This document shows positions 55,290-64,000 of a stretch of DNA of 64,000 bases, piece by piece; position 1 is the first letter of the stretch, and every line of letters starts with the position of its first letter. The stretch is from Nanobdellota archaeon. GTDB lineage: Archaea; Nanobdellota; Nanobdellia; Woesearchaeales; JAGWAF01. The notes under the pieces are model-generated. The model ran no database searches, had not been told where the DNA came from, and worked only from the letters and a program-made list of their open reading frames with translations. A program made the position numbers and the translations under genes. The stretch spans positions 14,201 through 78,200 of the forward strand of contig JBBSWF010000020.1 in NCBI GenBank assembly GCA_038046365.1, in the 5' to 3' direction.

Positions 55290-56555
55290 ATGGATAAAAA
55301 CCAACAACCCAAATTCAGACCCATGCGAAACTGGCTGCCGATCATGATAGCACTGATCGTGTGCTCTTCAGCTGTGATTACCTCCTGCGCGAAAGAGCCG
55401 CAGACAAGGATACTCTCTGAATCAGAAGTGAAAGCGCTAGGAGTGGAACCCATCGCCGACACGGAGCCCGCTGCGCCGAAGGCGACCGCCAAAGAGAAGA
55501 ACCAAACAAAACAACCAGAAATCACTGACCAAAGCGGACAGGAGATCCCCTCCGAAGAAACCCAAGCGGCTCCATCAAGCGAGAAGAACAAGACATCCTC
55601 TGACGAGAACAACTCGACATCGGAAACCTATCCTGCCGAGCCGGCGCAAAAGCAGAGGGAACTCACGCACAGGCCCAAAAGAAAAGATGGAGCAGAACTC
55701 CTTTACAAGCCCACATCCCCCGCCAGCGCCCAGAACCCTGCCTTCTCTCCAGACGGCAAGGAGATACTGTTCACCTTGTTCCACAACGGATACAACGAAG
55801 GCCCAGCAGGACTGTATAAGATAGACATAGAGACAGGGGAAGTAACCAAGATATTCGAGGAACCGAACCAAGACGCAGTGAACCTGCCTGGATCGAGCTG
55901 GAACAAGAACGGAAGGATTGCGTTCTCATCAGACAGGCAGGGAAGAGAATCGATATGGACTGTAGGCGCAGACGGAAAAGACCCTCTGCGGGCAAGCTCG
56001 CCGCCATCCGGGAAATACCACATCGAACCAAGCATGTCACCAGACGGGAAATGGGTGGTGTATGAAGAGAACAACGACACCGAAGAGATAGGCAAACGAG
56101 GCATGATATACAAAGAACTCATCGGGGGCGGCGAGAGAAAGAACCTCACAGACGGGCCAGGCAAAGGATACGACGACAGACAGCCAAACTGGTCGCCAAA
56201 AGGAGACAGGATAGCGTACCAGCGAAGAGTCGGAAACAGCGATGAGTGGAACATATATACCGTGGATACCGAAGGCGGAGATGAGAAAACAGTAACTACC
56301 TACGGAGAAGACACAGACGCGAGCTGGTCAAGCGATGGTGAGCGGATAGTGTATTCATCCACTGACGGCGGCCTTGATTCACCTAGCATATTCACCATAC
56401 CTGCGGATGGCGGAAGCCCGACCCGCGTGACTGAACAGAAAGGAGACTCTGACTCGGCACCGTCATACTCACCTGATAACCGGCGGATAGCCTTCGAGTC
56501 ACACAGGGCGGATAACGAAGAATCACCTGCATCGATATGGATAATAGAGGCGTGA
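55290..56555 (+). CDS. TolB-like (PD40/WD40-like beta-propeller repeat) protein with a lipoprotein-type signal. The start was reassigned to the internal ATG.
   Basis: Signal MRNWLPIMIALIVCSSAVITSC. PD40 repeats include SPDGKEILFT, SPDGKWVVYE, SPKGDRIAYQ, SSDGERIVYS and SPDNRRIAFE. The ATG at 55290 follows GAGGGAAAAAA. Confidence 0.65.
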   Translation: MDKNQQPKFRPMRNWLPIMIALIVCSSAVITSCAKEPQTRILSESEVKALGVEPIADTEPAAPKATAKEKNQTKQPEITDQSGQEIPSEETQAAPSSEKNKTSSDENNSTSETYPAEPAQKQRELTHRPKRKDGAELLYKPTSPASAQNPAFSPDGKEILFTLFHNGYNEGPAGLYKIDIETGEVTKIFEEPNQDAVNLPGSSWNKNGRIAFSSDRQGRESIWTVGADGKDPLRASSPPSGKYHIEPSMSPDGKWVVYEENNDTEEIGKRGMIYKELIGGGERKNLTDGPGKGYDDRQPNWSPKGDRIAYQRRVGNSDEWNIYTVDTEGGDEKTVTTYGEDTDASWSSDGERIVYSSTDGGLDSPSIFTIPADGGSPTRVTEQKGDSDSAPSYSPDNRRIAFESHRADNEESPASIWIIEA

Positions 56556-56576
56556 GCATAGAAGCGACTGGCGCCA

Positions 56577-56831
56577 TCACCTTTCATGACAATATTCCAT
56601 CCAGACTTTCTTGAAAAATGGAAGGCTCAACGTAGAAATTATGAAACCTACAGCCGGAACAATCGCGTTAAACCACGGAGATGGAGCATCGATCGACCAA
56701 AGGAAGACGACCACCACCGCATAAGTCATCAACGCGATGAGCGACCGCCTCGTTACGCTCGTCTCCCAGGCCTTATCCGCTTCGACCCGCTTATTCCTCT
56801 CTTTGATCCGTTCGAGGTCTTCTCTCATCAC
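56577..56831 (-). CDS. Small membrane protein.
   Basis: Two hydrophobic helices (LIALMTYAVVVVFLW and AIVPAVGFIISTLSL). It lies downstream of the Cys-rich secreted protein on the same strand. Confidence 0.35.
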   Translation of the reverse strand: MMREDLERIKERNKRVEADKAWETSVTRRSLIALMTYAVVVVFLWSIDAPSPWFNAIVPAVGFIISTLSLPFFKKVWMEYCHER

Positions 56832-56888
56832 CGATCAAAGGAGCGTCGGGCCTTAAATGCTTTGCCCTGGCTGAATCGCCATCAGGAT

Positions 56889-58727
56889 TCACCTTATCTT
56901 TGAAGTCATATCCCTCCAATAATCCCTAAGAGGAGCGCCTGAGCCTCCAGACGCCGGCGTCCTCGCAATAGCGACCATGCGCATCCGACCGTTAGATGGA
57001 TCATACACACAGTCATATCCTTTGAGGTTCGAAGGATCGAGACGATAGGCAAACAAGTCACACATGGTCTTTTGCGTGGCTGGATCGACGACAGCCACCC
57101 CATCGTAGGCCAGGGCAGTGACATCGATGAAACCATCGAAGAACACGTCTCTCTCAAGGACCCCGAAATAGTAACGGTTAGGACCGTGGAGGATGAACAA
57201 GCCGCTGAACTGGCTGATATTCGCAAGCGGATCCTGGAACTGCTTCCTTGAAGCAGTGTCCACAAAAGAGCGCAGATTAGCCATCGGCTGGGTGATCTGA
57301 GTCTCTGCTGACATCTTCAAGACAGGCTTTGACACAGGAGACGACAACGCCGCCGCGCCACTGGGCGTTGAAGAATAGGATGTCGATGAGATGATCGATT
57401 GCAGGCCATGATTGTACGCGAGCGCCTGACTCGGGCCCGGATTGGAGACAAAGAGGCCCAAGATGCTCTGCCACAGCGTAGCGTACCAAGCCTGCGAAGA
57501 GCAATCATGGAACCGGCCGTCATCGATCGCGGCAGAGTTGCATGTGGTCTCTTCGAGGCCCAAAGCCTTCAGGAAACTACGATCAGGATCATCAACAGGG
57601 ATATTGAGCGAAGTCCCGAAACCAGTCTTAACCCCGCCGATCCGGATCACACAGAAGTTATTGACGCAAGGGATGACCGCCCCGTCACGCACACAGCCGG
57701 CCTCGATAAAACTCTTCAGAGATCCGGCGCCAAGAGTCAGAGGATCGTAATCGACGAAGTTGAGAGCGTCTTTGTAATCACCACAGAACAGAGCATAATC
57801 ATTGGGAGACTGGATCTGGGCAGAGTCTATCATCTCAAGAGCCAGAGCCTTGGACCGGCTAGTCCAACTGCCTTCTATACACAAGTAATCCATGATATAC
57901 TGGCCGTCAGCCAAGCAGACAGGCTGACCAAGGGGATTGTCCTTTGAGGAGAAATACCGGCCTGGCAGGTAGTTGCTGGCCTCAGAACCTCTGGGGTTCC
58001 ACAAGCAATCAGTAGCGCGCGGACAGAATCCACGCCCGAAACGATCAGGAGTGTACTTGAGCGAAGTGGCCTGGCAGCATATCTTGTTACGGAAACTCGA
58101 GCCGCAGGCAGCGATGTGCGAGTCGACCGTGTCAGCCACAGCGCCCAAACAGACCTCACTCGAGCCGCACTGAGACCCGACCATCTCCACCCTGCATGTC
58201 AGTATCGAATTCTTTGATGAAAGACAAAGAGGGGACGGGTTGGGGATCGTCGCCGCCAAGCCAGGCAATAGCACATGATCGTCGTCAGTAGAGTAGGCAA
58301 GCAAGAACGGCTGCGCGAGATTCGACCCCCCGCATTGAGTGCTCAGCTCGCCTGAACCCGAGGCACAGCACATGGAGTAAGGATTGGCCTGCTTCAGATC
58401 CGTCTTGAAGATGTGAGATTCCGATGGATCGGACAACGCGTAGACAAATGTCTCTCCTGGGACGCAGCCGCCCTGGCGGAGAGCGCACGACAAGTCAGGC
58501 GCGGGATCACTCACGGCAAAACCCATGATGGCACTTGAGAAGGATCGACCGCTGATGGTAAATGGACGCGACGGGCCTGGATAGAATGAATCATCGATAC
58601 CTCCCCCTAGGACAGAGAGCACCGCGGAGATCGAGACGATGACCAGTATAGATACCATGAATAAGGTCAATCCAGAGATCTCTATATGTTCAGTCTTTGA
58701 ACACCCCTTGCTTCCTAGAGTAGCCAT
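56889..58727 (-). CDS. Cysteine-rich secreted/extracellular protein with an N-terminal signal anchor.
   Basis: N-terminal TM LTLFMVSILVIVSISAVLSVL and more than 25 Cys spread through a 612-aa sequence. No known motif. Confidence 0.5.
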   Translation of the reverse strand: MATLGSKGCSKTEHIEISGLTLFMVSILVIVSISAVLSVLGGGIDDSFYPGPSRPFTISGRSFSSAIMGFAVSDPAPDLSCALRQGGCVPGETFVYALSDPSESHIFKTDLKQANPYSMCCASGSGELSTQCGGSNLAQPFLLAYSTDDDHVLLPGLAATIPNPSPLCLSSKNSILTCRVEMVGSQCGSSEVCLGAVADTVDSHIAACGSSFRNKICCQATSLKYTPDRFGRGFCPRATDCLWNPRGSEASNYLPGRYFSSKDNPLGQPVCLADGQYIMDYLCIEGSWTSRSKALALEMIDSAQIQSPNDYALFCGDYKDALNFVDYDPLTLGAGSLKSFIEAGCVRDGAVIPCVNNFCVIRIGGVKTGFGTSLNIPVDDPDRSFLKALGLEETTCNSAAIDDGRFHDCSSQAWYATLWQSILGLFVSNPGPSQALAYNHGLQSIISSTSYSSTPSGAAALSSPVSKPVLKMSAETQITQPMANLRSFVDTASRKQFQDPLANISQFSGLFILHGPNRYYFGVLERDVFFDGFIDVTALAYDGVAVVDPATQKTMCDLFAYRLDPSNLKGYDCVYDPSNGRMRMVAIARTPASGGSGAPLRDYWRDMTSKIR

Positions 58728-59098
58728 TGGAATCGCCTATGTCTGATTCTCCAATTCACGGTATAATAAGGTTTCCGGAATCCATGACTCCGGACCGCCC
58801 AGAGAAAGATCAGCAACCTCCATTGGCTGGAGAAATGAAAACTCACAAAGTTATGTTTCTTCTCCAATTTTGGGATGAAAATTGCCCAGTTTCTATAATT
58901 ATTTATCGACGATAAAAGCCACTAGACCTCCAATTTTGGAATCTGTCCCACCACAGAAATATCAGCATTGGTAGTTTATAGGTTCGGAGCGGAAGGCCCC
59001 GAAGCGGGCCGGAGCGAAGGACCTGCCCCCGCAGGGCTTTATCTGGGCGCGACAAAGAGGTCATATCAAAATCTGCCTAAAATGGGAGAAGAGCTAAA

Positions 59099-59112
59099 GT
59101 TATATATATATT
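59099..59112 (+). promoter_or_regulatory. TATA box (ttatatatatattg) about 25–30 nt upstream of the GTG start of the first tail-fibre-like gene. Analogous boxes lie at about 60380–60400 and 62342–62355.
   Basis: Read from the sequence. Confidence 0.45.
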
Positions 59113-59133
59113 GAGCGTACGGAAAGATAATAC

Positions 59134-60294
59134 GTGAAAATAGTCATCAACTTAGACAAATGGCACGCATACGCCATAACCCTCCTCCTGACCATAATCG
59201 CAGGAGCATTCCTCGCAGCAGGAGCAGCCCCAGCAGGCGTATCGACACACCAGACACTATTCACAGACACGATAAAAGGGAAAAGCGGAGATAATGTAGC
59301 AGTGATGGGCAATGTGGGGATCGGGACCACCATGCCCCGGGCTAAACTCCATTTATACGCTCCGTCCTCCAATTCATTCATGGACATCGAGACCGCGGGA
59401 CCATACGCATCAGGATTACTTATAGGCGCCGCGACCAGCAACTCAATGAAAGAGGGCCAGATACAATACACAGACATCTTCAGGATAATCAATCGGCGCT
59501 TCCTGACAGACAACACAGACGGCGGCCGTGACATCATGACGTTCCAGCCTGAGGGCAATGTAGGGATCGGAACGACCAATCCATTGACAAGATTGCATAC
59601 TGAAGGACAACAGATATCGACATTCACCGGGACCGCGCGAGGATTACTCACTTTAAGCGCGCCATACAATGTAGGATATTACACGCCGCTGGATTTTCTA
59701 TACACCCCAGGAGCGTATCCCACAGCAAGAATCGCCGCTTATCATGACGGCGGCGGTTCAAAACTCGTATTCGGGACTTCATACAATTATGCCGCGGGCA
59801 TAACCACCACCGCCATGACAATAGATCAATACGGCAAAGTCGGCATCCTCCAGACAAATCCGCAGCGGACACTACAAGTAGGCGGCGACATATTGACAGA
59901 GGGGGATTTCTACGACGGAGGGATGCCTGCGGTGAACGGGGGATGGGACGTGTGGATGGAAACAGGCACAGGCAGATTCGGAACAGCTCCAGCTAGCAGC
60001 AGAAGATACAAAGAAAATATCGAAAATTCTACACTTGGGCTGAATGATGTCATGAGGTTAAGACCGGTGCTTTTCAACTACAAAAAGAGCTATGTGAATG
60101 ACAGCACAAGACACGCAGGCCTGATCGCGGAAGAAGTCAGCGAGGTCAGCCCGATGCTTGTGCAACTAAAAGACGGGCGGGTAGAGGACGTGAAATACAA
60201 AGAGATCACTCCTTTGCTAGTCAAAGCGATCCAAGAGCAGCAAGCGCAGATAAAGTCGCTGCAGAACAGGCTGGAAGAACTCGAGAAGAGATAG
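59134..60294 (+). CDS. Tail-fibre-like surface protein. It has an N-terminal hydrophobic signal/anchor, GNVGIGTTxP..KLH repeats and a C-terminal peptidase S74 / intramolecular chaperone (endosialidase-chaperone) domain.
   Basis: The C-terminus SSRRYKENIENSTLGLNDVMRLRPVLFNYKK...GLIAEEVSEVSPMLV...ITPLLVKAIQEQQAQIKSLQNRLEELE matches the S74 auto-cleaving chaperone signature (S-x-R-x-x-K-E-N-I ... LRPV.F.YK). Confidence 0.7.
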   Translation: MKIVINLDKWHAYAITLLLTIIAGAFLAAGAAPAGVSTHQTLFTDTIKGKSGDNVAVMGNVGIGTTMPRAKLHLYAPSSNSFMDIETAGPYASGLLIGAATSNSMKEGQIQYTDIFRIINRRFLTDNTDGGRDIMTFQPEGNVGIGTTNPLTRLHTEGQQISTFTGTARGLLTLSAPYNVGYYTPLDFLYTPGAYPTARIAAYHDGGGSKLVFGTSYNYAAGITTTAMTIDQYGKVGILQTNPQRTLQVGGDILTEGDFYDGGMPAVNGGWDVWMETGTGRFGTAPASSRRYKENIENSTLGLNDVMRLRPVLFNYKKSYVNDSTRHAGLIAEEVSEVSPMLVQLKDGRVEDVKYKEITPLLVKAIQEQQAQIKSLQNRLEELEKR

Positions 60295-60414
60295 CGACGA
60301 CAAAAAAAGGGATGCAAGACCAGATTTGACCGGGTAGAACCAGATTTGAGACTATCCTCACCGACCAAGAGGACACTCGCAAAGTTATTATAGTGATAAT
60401 CCGGAAGAAAACAT

Positions 60415-62286
60415 GTGAAAATAGTCATCAACTTAGACAAATGGCACGCATACGCCATAACCCTCCTCCTGACCATAATCGCAGGAGCATTCCTCGCAGC
60501 AGGAGCAGCCCCAGCAGGCGTATCGACACACCAGACACTATTCACAGACCTGATAAAAGGGAAAAGCGGCTCTTCAGTTGCTATGATGGACAAGGTAGGC
60601 ATCGGGACGACGAACCCCACAACACCCCTCGATGTCGCAGGATCCGCAAAAGCGACCCGGCTCATATCCCAAGGCAACACTGGCGCGGATCTTATCGTGA
60701 TTAGACCCGGCGATGACCTCAACCCGGCGTATCCAGCGATAACATTAGGAAACGCGGCATGGACCGCCTGGCCATTCCAAGTCCTGAAGAACGGAAACAT
60801 CATCACTGCCGGCAAGATGGGGATCGGAACGACAACCCCCGAATCCCAATTGGATGTCAGAACAATCACATCACAACCGATGGCATACTTCGAAGGAAAA
60901 GACCTGCGAGCCCAAGCGCAATACCCGACCAATCCAGACCCAAGTTCCTACATATTCCTAAAAGACCTGGACAGCACAGCGTTGTGGGGACTCCGAGTCG
61001 GCAACACAGGAGACTTCGCCATACACCAAGCGAGCGTGGCCGACCGGATGACCATATTGAACAATGGAAATGTCGGCATAGGCACGACCAGCCCGACCGC
61101 AAAACTGGATGTCGCAGGAACGGCAATACTCGATTACCTAGCAGTCGACCCACAGGACACAAACATCGAAGGCGGAGAGATCCAGCTTCGAGGCGCCGGG
61201 AGCAATGGAGGATTCCAGATAGACAATTACGCAGGCAACGCAAGGATACACACACTCGCATCAGGAAAAACATTCCAAGTGCTAGGCGGAGGGATCTACG
61301 CAGAAGGGCCCATACAATCCACCAGCGGAGGGATCAAATTCCCAGACGGGACAGTACAGAACACCGCAGCAGCAGGCGGATTCTCGCTGCCACCTGGCGT
61401 CACGATACAAGGCACAGCAGGAAGGAACTATTTCCGCGACACTGAAAACGCCGGAGACCTCCGAGTCGGCGCCGCATGGGGAATGCCAGGAATATACGCA
61501 GAGACCGGAGCGGGGGTTTTGGGAGGAGCAGGAGGCGCGAGCCTGCAGAACAACGCACTAGTCGTGAAAACCGACGGCAAAGTAGGCATCGGAACGACAA
61601 CCCCTGCGTACAAACTCGACGTGAACGGTGACATGATCAACGGCTGGTTCAGATCAAGAGGACAAACAGGATGGTACAGCCAGGATTACGGCGGCGGATG
61701 GTACATGATCGACCCATGGTGGATCCGCTCAGTCGGCTCAAAAAACGTCTGGGTAGACCAAGTGATAGGATCAAACGCAGGACTCACAGTAGGATACGGC
61801 GGGCAAGGACCTCCGAGCACAGGAGCTATAATCGCGGGAAATGTGGGGATAGGGACATCTGGACCATTGTCTAAACTTCATGTCTACAGCACAGGCAATA
61901 CCATCTCGGGAGTGCAAGGAGGGGTCCAGTCATTATGGGGCATGGAAGCATTGTCTAACACCAACGCGATGCAGATAGGCAACCTCAATGGCGCGGATCT
62001 GAATCCATCTATCTTTCTAAATAGTGGAGGGAATGTCGGAATCGGCACGACAGCACCCACACAAAAGCTCGACGTAGCCGGAAATGTCAAGACAAACGGC
62101 ATCGTATTCTCTGACGGCACGACACAGACCACTAAAGCGATAACCGGCATCTGGATAACCCCCGAAGGCACACACGTCCCCGGCGGAACCGGATGCCCTT
62201 CAGGATATACCCAAATAGCAAGCTTCGCCGACTGCGGACAGGCTAATTGTTACGGCAACCAACTGGTGTGCGTGAAATACGGATAG
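60415..62286 (+). CDS. Tail-fibre-like surface protein paralog with six GNVGIGTTxP-x-KLDV repeats and a Cys-containing C-terminal domain.
   Basis: The first 136 nt are identical to gene 59134. Repeats include KVGIGTTNPTTPLDV and GNVGIGTTSPTAKLDV. Confidence 0.65.
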   Translation: MKIVINLDKWHAYAITLLLTIIAGAFLAAGAAPAGVSTHQTLFTDLIKGKSGSSVAMMDKVGIGTTNPTTPLDVAGSAKATRLISQGNTGADLIVIRPGDDLNPAYPAITLGNAAWTAWPFQVLKNGNIITAGKMGIGTTTPESQLDVRTITSQPMAYFEGKDLRAQAQYPTNPDPSSYIFLKDLDSTALWGLRVGNTGDFAIHQASVADRMTILNNGNVGIGTTSPTAKLDVAGTAILDYLAVDPQDTNIEGGEIQLRGAGSNGGFQIDNYAGNARIHTLASGKTFQVLGGGIYAEGPIQSTSGGIKFPDGTVQNTAAAGGFSLPPGVTIQGTAGRNYFRDTENAGDLRVGAAWGMPGIYAETGAGVLGGAGGASLQNNALVVKTDGKVGIGTTTPAYKLDVNGDMINGWFRSRGQTGWYSQDYGGGWYMIDPWWIRSVGSKNVWVDQVIGSNAGLTVGYGGQGPPSTGAIIAGNVGIGTSGPLSKLHVYSTGNTISGVQGGVQSLWGMEALSNTNAMQIGNLNGADLNPSIFLNSGGNVGIGTTAPTQKLDVAGNVKTNGIVFSDGTTQTTKAITGIWITPEGTHVPGGTGCPSGYTQIASFADCGQANCYGNQLVCVKYG

Positions 62287-62374
62287 ATAACTGAAATCAC
62301 TGCGAGATCGAGATGATTCCACGATCTCCAAAATCTAAGAAGATTTTTATAGTCACTACCCGGGAAAATGCGCC

Positions 62375-63463
62375 ATGAAGATCCTAATAAATCTAGAGAA
62401 ATACCACGTCTACGTGATAGTCCTGGCACTCGTGCTTCTCGTAGGCGCATTCCTCGCAGCCGGAGCCGCACCCGCTGGGATATCGACACACCAGACGCTA
62501 TTCACTGACACGATTAAGAGCAAAAGCGGATCTTCCATCGCGATGATGGACAAGGTAGGCGTCTGGACCGCCACGCCACAGTATCCATTAGATGTGAACG
62601 GGGCATTCGCCGCCAGGGACAACGTAGAGATAGGCCATATTCCCGGCGTATCAGGAGGGATATTCATAACAAAGAGCTCCACTTACGGCAAGCCCGCGGT
62701 CCAAGCAGTGACACCAGCGTTTGGATTCGATCAACTCGCATTGAACCCAGGAGGAGGCAACGTAGGAATCGGGACAGCTTCTCCAACAGAGAAGCTTGAT
62801 GTGGCCGGAAATATCAAAGCCACTGGATTCTGCATAGACACCAACTGCAAGACAAGCTTTTCAGGCGGAGGCGGCCTGCTGGCGATCCGATCATATGCCT
62901 CAAGCGCCACCTGGACAAAACCATCAGGACTCGCATATATAATAGTCGATGTCTGGGGAGCAGGCGGAGGAGGAGGCGGAAGCAATCCAGGCAGTGCTGA
63001 TGGAGGAGCAGGCACATCATCATTATTTGGTCCTTATGTATCAGCAAGTGGCGGCGAAGGCGGAAGTGCCGTCGGAGGATATGGCGGCGGTCGCGGCGGT
63101 GTAGGCACTAATGGAGATATCAATCTCATAGGCCAATCTGGTCAGTTAGCCTGGGCTGGCGGCGGAGGCATGGGAGGATCTTCACCCAATGGCGGCGCTG
63201 GCGGCCAAAGTCGATGGTGTTCATACTGCAATTCACAGGATATGGGTATAGTTCCAGGCGGTGGAGGAGCCGGAGACTCCAATATGGGTTCCCAAGGCGC
63301 TCCGGGCGGCGGCGCAGGAGGATATTCAAAGAAAAGAATAGACGCTAACGCACTGACTGCAACTGTGCCAATCACAATAGGTGATGGCGGCGCAGGAGGC
63401 AGCGGCCACGATGTCGGTGGCATAGGCGCCAATGGAATGGTTGTTGTCTATGAGTATGGTTGA
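62375..63463 (+). CDS. Tail-fibre-like surface protein paralog with a Gly-rich C-terminal domain.
   Basis: The N-terminal protein sequence is conserved with the two upstream paralogs (different codons). It has one GNVGIGTASPTEKLDV repeat. The C-terminus is about 45% Gly. Confidence 0.6.
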   Translation: MKILINLEKYHVYVIVLALVLLVGAFLAAGAAPAGISTHQTLFTDTIKSKSGSSIAMMDKVGVWTATPQYPLDVNGAFAARDNVEIGHIPGVSGGIFITKSSTYGKPAVQAVTPAFGFDQLALNPGGGNVGIGTASPTEKLDVAGNIKATGFCIDTNCKTSFSGGGGLLAIRSYASSATWTKPSGLAYIIVDVWGAGGGGGGSNPGSADGGAGTSSLFGPYVSASGGEGGSAVGGYGGGRGGVGTNGDINLIGQSGQLAWAGGGGMGGSSPNGGAGGQSRWCSYCNSQDMGIVPGGGGAGDSNMGSQGAPGGGAGGYSKKRIDANALTATVPITIGDGGAGGSGHDVGGIGANGMVVVYEYG

Positions 63464-63601
63464 ACAGGCAAACACGATGATCTGAAACTCGTAAAATTAT
63501 CATAGATAGGAAACTTTGCGGATTTTCTCACGGTATGACTCGTTGTTGCATATACAATATATCCCCAAATGATATCTTCTCAACAGGCAGTATGATGAAG
63601 T

Positions 63602-64000
63602 ATGAACCTCAAGAAAACACTCGTGACAATTGTTGCCACAGCGATGCTGTACGCCGGAGCGCCAGGAATGGCAGAGGCGTACAGACCCGTTAGGGGGAGG
63701 ACACTAGAGACATACGTTGAGACCAAAGACAAGACCGACACACCAGCCAAGATATGGGCATTCTTCAAGACCAGCATCAAGTACGCAAGCGACAAAGAAG
63801 GGAAGTTCAAGAACCACAAAGGAGAGGAAAGGACGCTTGGCAATGACTACATGCAAGACCCGATCGACACATACCTTCGAGGCAAAGGCGACTGCGATGA
63901 CTACGCTGCGCTGGCGCACGACTGGCTCAAAGAAGCAGGATATGAAACAAAGATGATCTCATACTTTGCCAAGGGAAAGAAGACCGGGCACGCGATATGC
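63602..64000 (+). CDS. Secreted transglutaminase-like cysteine peptidase domain protein, 3'-truncated by the window end.
   Basis: Signal MNLKKTLVTIVATAMLYAGAPGMAEA and a GKGDCDDYAALAHDWL catalytic-Cys motif. The ORF has no stop before nt 64000. Confidence 0.5.
   Translation, partial: MNLKKTLVTIVATAMLYAGAPGMAEAYRPVRGRTLETYVETKDKTDTPAKIWAFFKTSIKYASDKEGKFKNHKGEERTLGNDYMQDPIDTYLRGKGDCDDYAALAHDWLKEAGYETKMISYFAKGKKTGHAIC

Noticed and set aside
58950-59060. GC-rich short-repeat patch (ggagcggaaggccccgaagcgggccggagcgaaggacc...cctgcccccgcagg) as a small RNA
   Set aside because: Only short, weak hairpins of about 5 bp are present with no flanking promoter or terminator signal. The evidence is insufficient.
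59134-63463. Prophage or tailocin interpretation of the tail-fibre-like gene cluster
   Set aside because: No capsid, portal, terminase, baseplate or integrase genes occur within the window. Each gene has its own TATA box and an N-terminal hydrophobic anchor, which fits better with cellular surface fibres. This cannot be excluded beyond the window edge.

Overview
This 64-kb window is gene-dense, about 50% GC, and appears to come from an archaeon (inference). Evidence: a TrmB regulator, an AbrB–PhoU regulator, deoxyhypusine synthase, many MNT/HEPN pairs, TATA-like boxes 25–30 nt upstream of start codons (suggesting leaderless mRNAs), and surface proteins very rich in N-x-S/T sequons.

Layout:
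- 1–10 kb: housekeeping genes. These are the 3' end of a transketolase, a pRiA4b ORF-3-like protein, HIT and histidine-phosphatase proteins, an NDH-2 with an odd basic N-terminal extension, an M14 deacylase-family peptidase, and HTH/AbrB-PhoU regulators.
- 10.5–24.4 kb: one 13.8-kb gene encoding a 4,603-aa surface protein. It has an N-terminal signal-anchor helix, two subtilase (S8) domains, a long sequon-dense parallel beta-helix region, an Ig-like (D-x-D-G-D) module, a poly-Ala/Pro linker, an internal GHSLGG alpha/beta-hydrolase domain, a Cys-rich knot, a second TM helix and a roughly 410-aa K/E/P-rich cytoplasmic tail. Two perfect hairpins and a 161-nt multi-stem structured-RNA candidate follow it.
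- 24.8–32.4 kb: a dGTPase-like HD protein, a C39-like peptidase, TPR and TrmB proteins, a RelA/SpoT-type HD hydrolase, an intergenic array of roughly 11-nt ATGGCGCGAAT repeats, and small membrane/wHTH proteins.
- 32.4–37.4 kb: three MNT/HEPN toxin-antitoxin-like pairs. The first is flanked by a roughly 45–55 bp direct duplication of the 3' end of a UDG-like gene. Also here are a SAM methyltransferase and the UDG-like gene.
- 37.5 kb: deoxyhypusine synthase, diverging from a type I R-M island (38.4–47.1 kb). The island reads hsdR, an RHH gene with an upstream 15-bp perfect palindrome, hsdM, an AlbA_2/Schlafen-like ATPase-wHTH protein, two tiny translationally coupled ORFs, an AT-rich 212-aa unknown, hsdS with AT-rich target-recognition domains, and a PIN gene frameshifted in an A8 tract.
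- 47–56 kb: wHTH, HIT, DinD/Bro-N-like, SEC-C, TPR, SWIM and TolB-like proteins, plus a second diverged copy of the tiny-ORF pair.
- 56.9–64 kb: a surface-protein cluster. It holds a Cys-rich secreted protein and three tandem tail-fibre-like paralogs with GNVGIGTTxP repeats, one carrying a C-terminal S74 intramolecular-chaperone domain, with 136 nt of identical 5' sequence between the first two. A secreted transglutaminase-like gene runs off the window end.

No rRNA, tRNA or CRISPR array was recognised.
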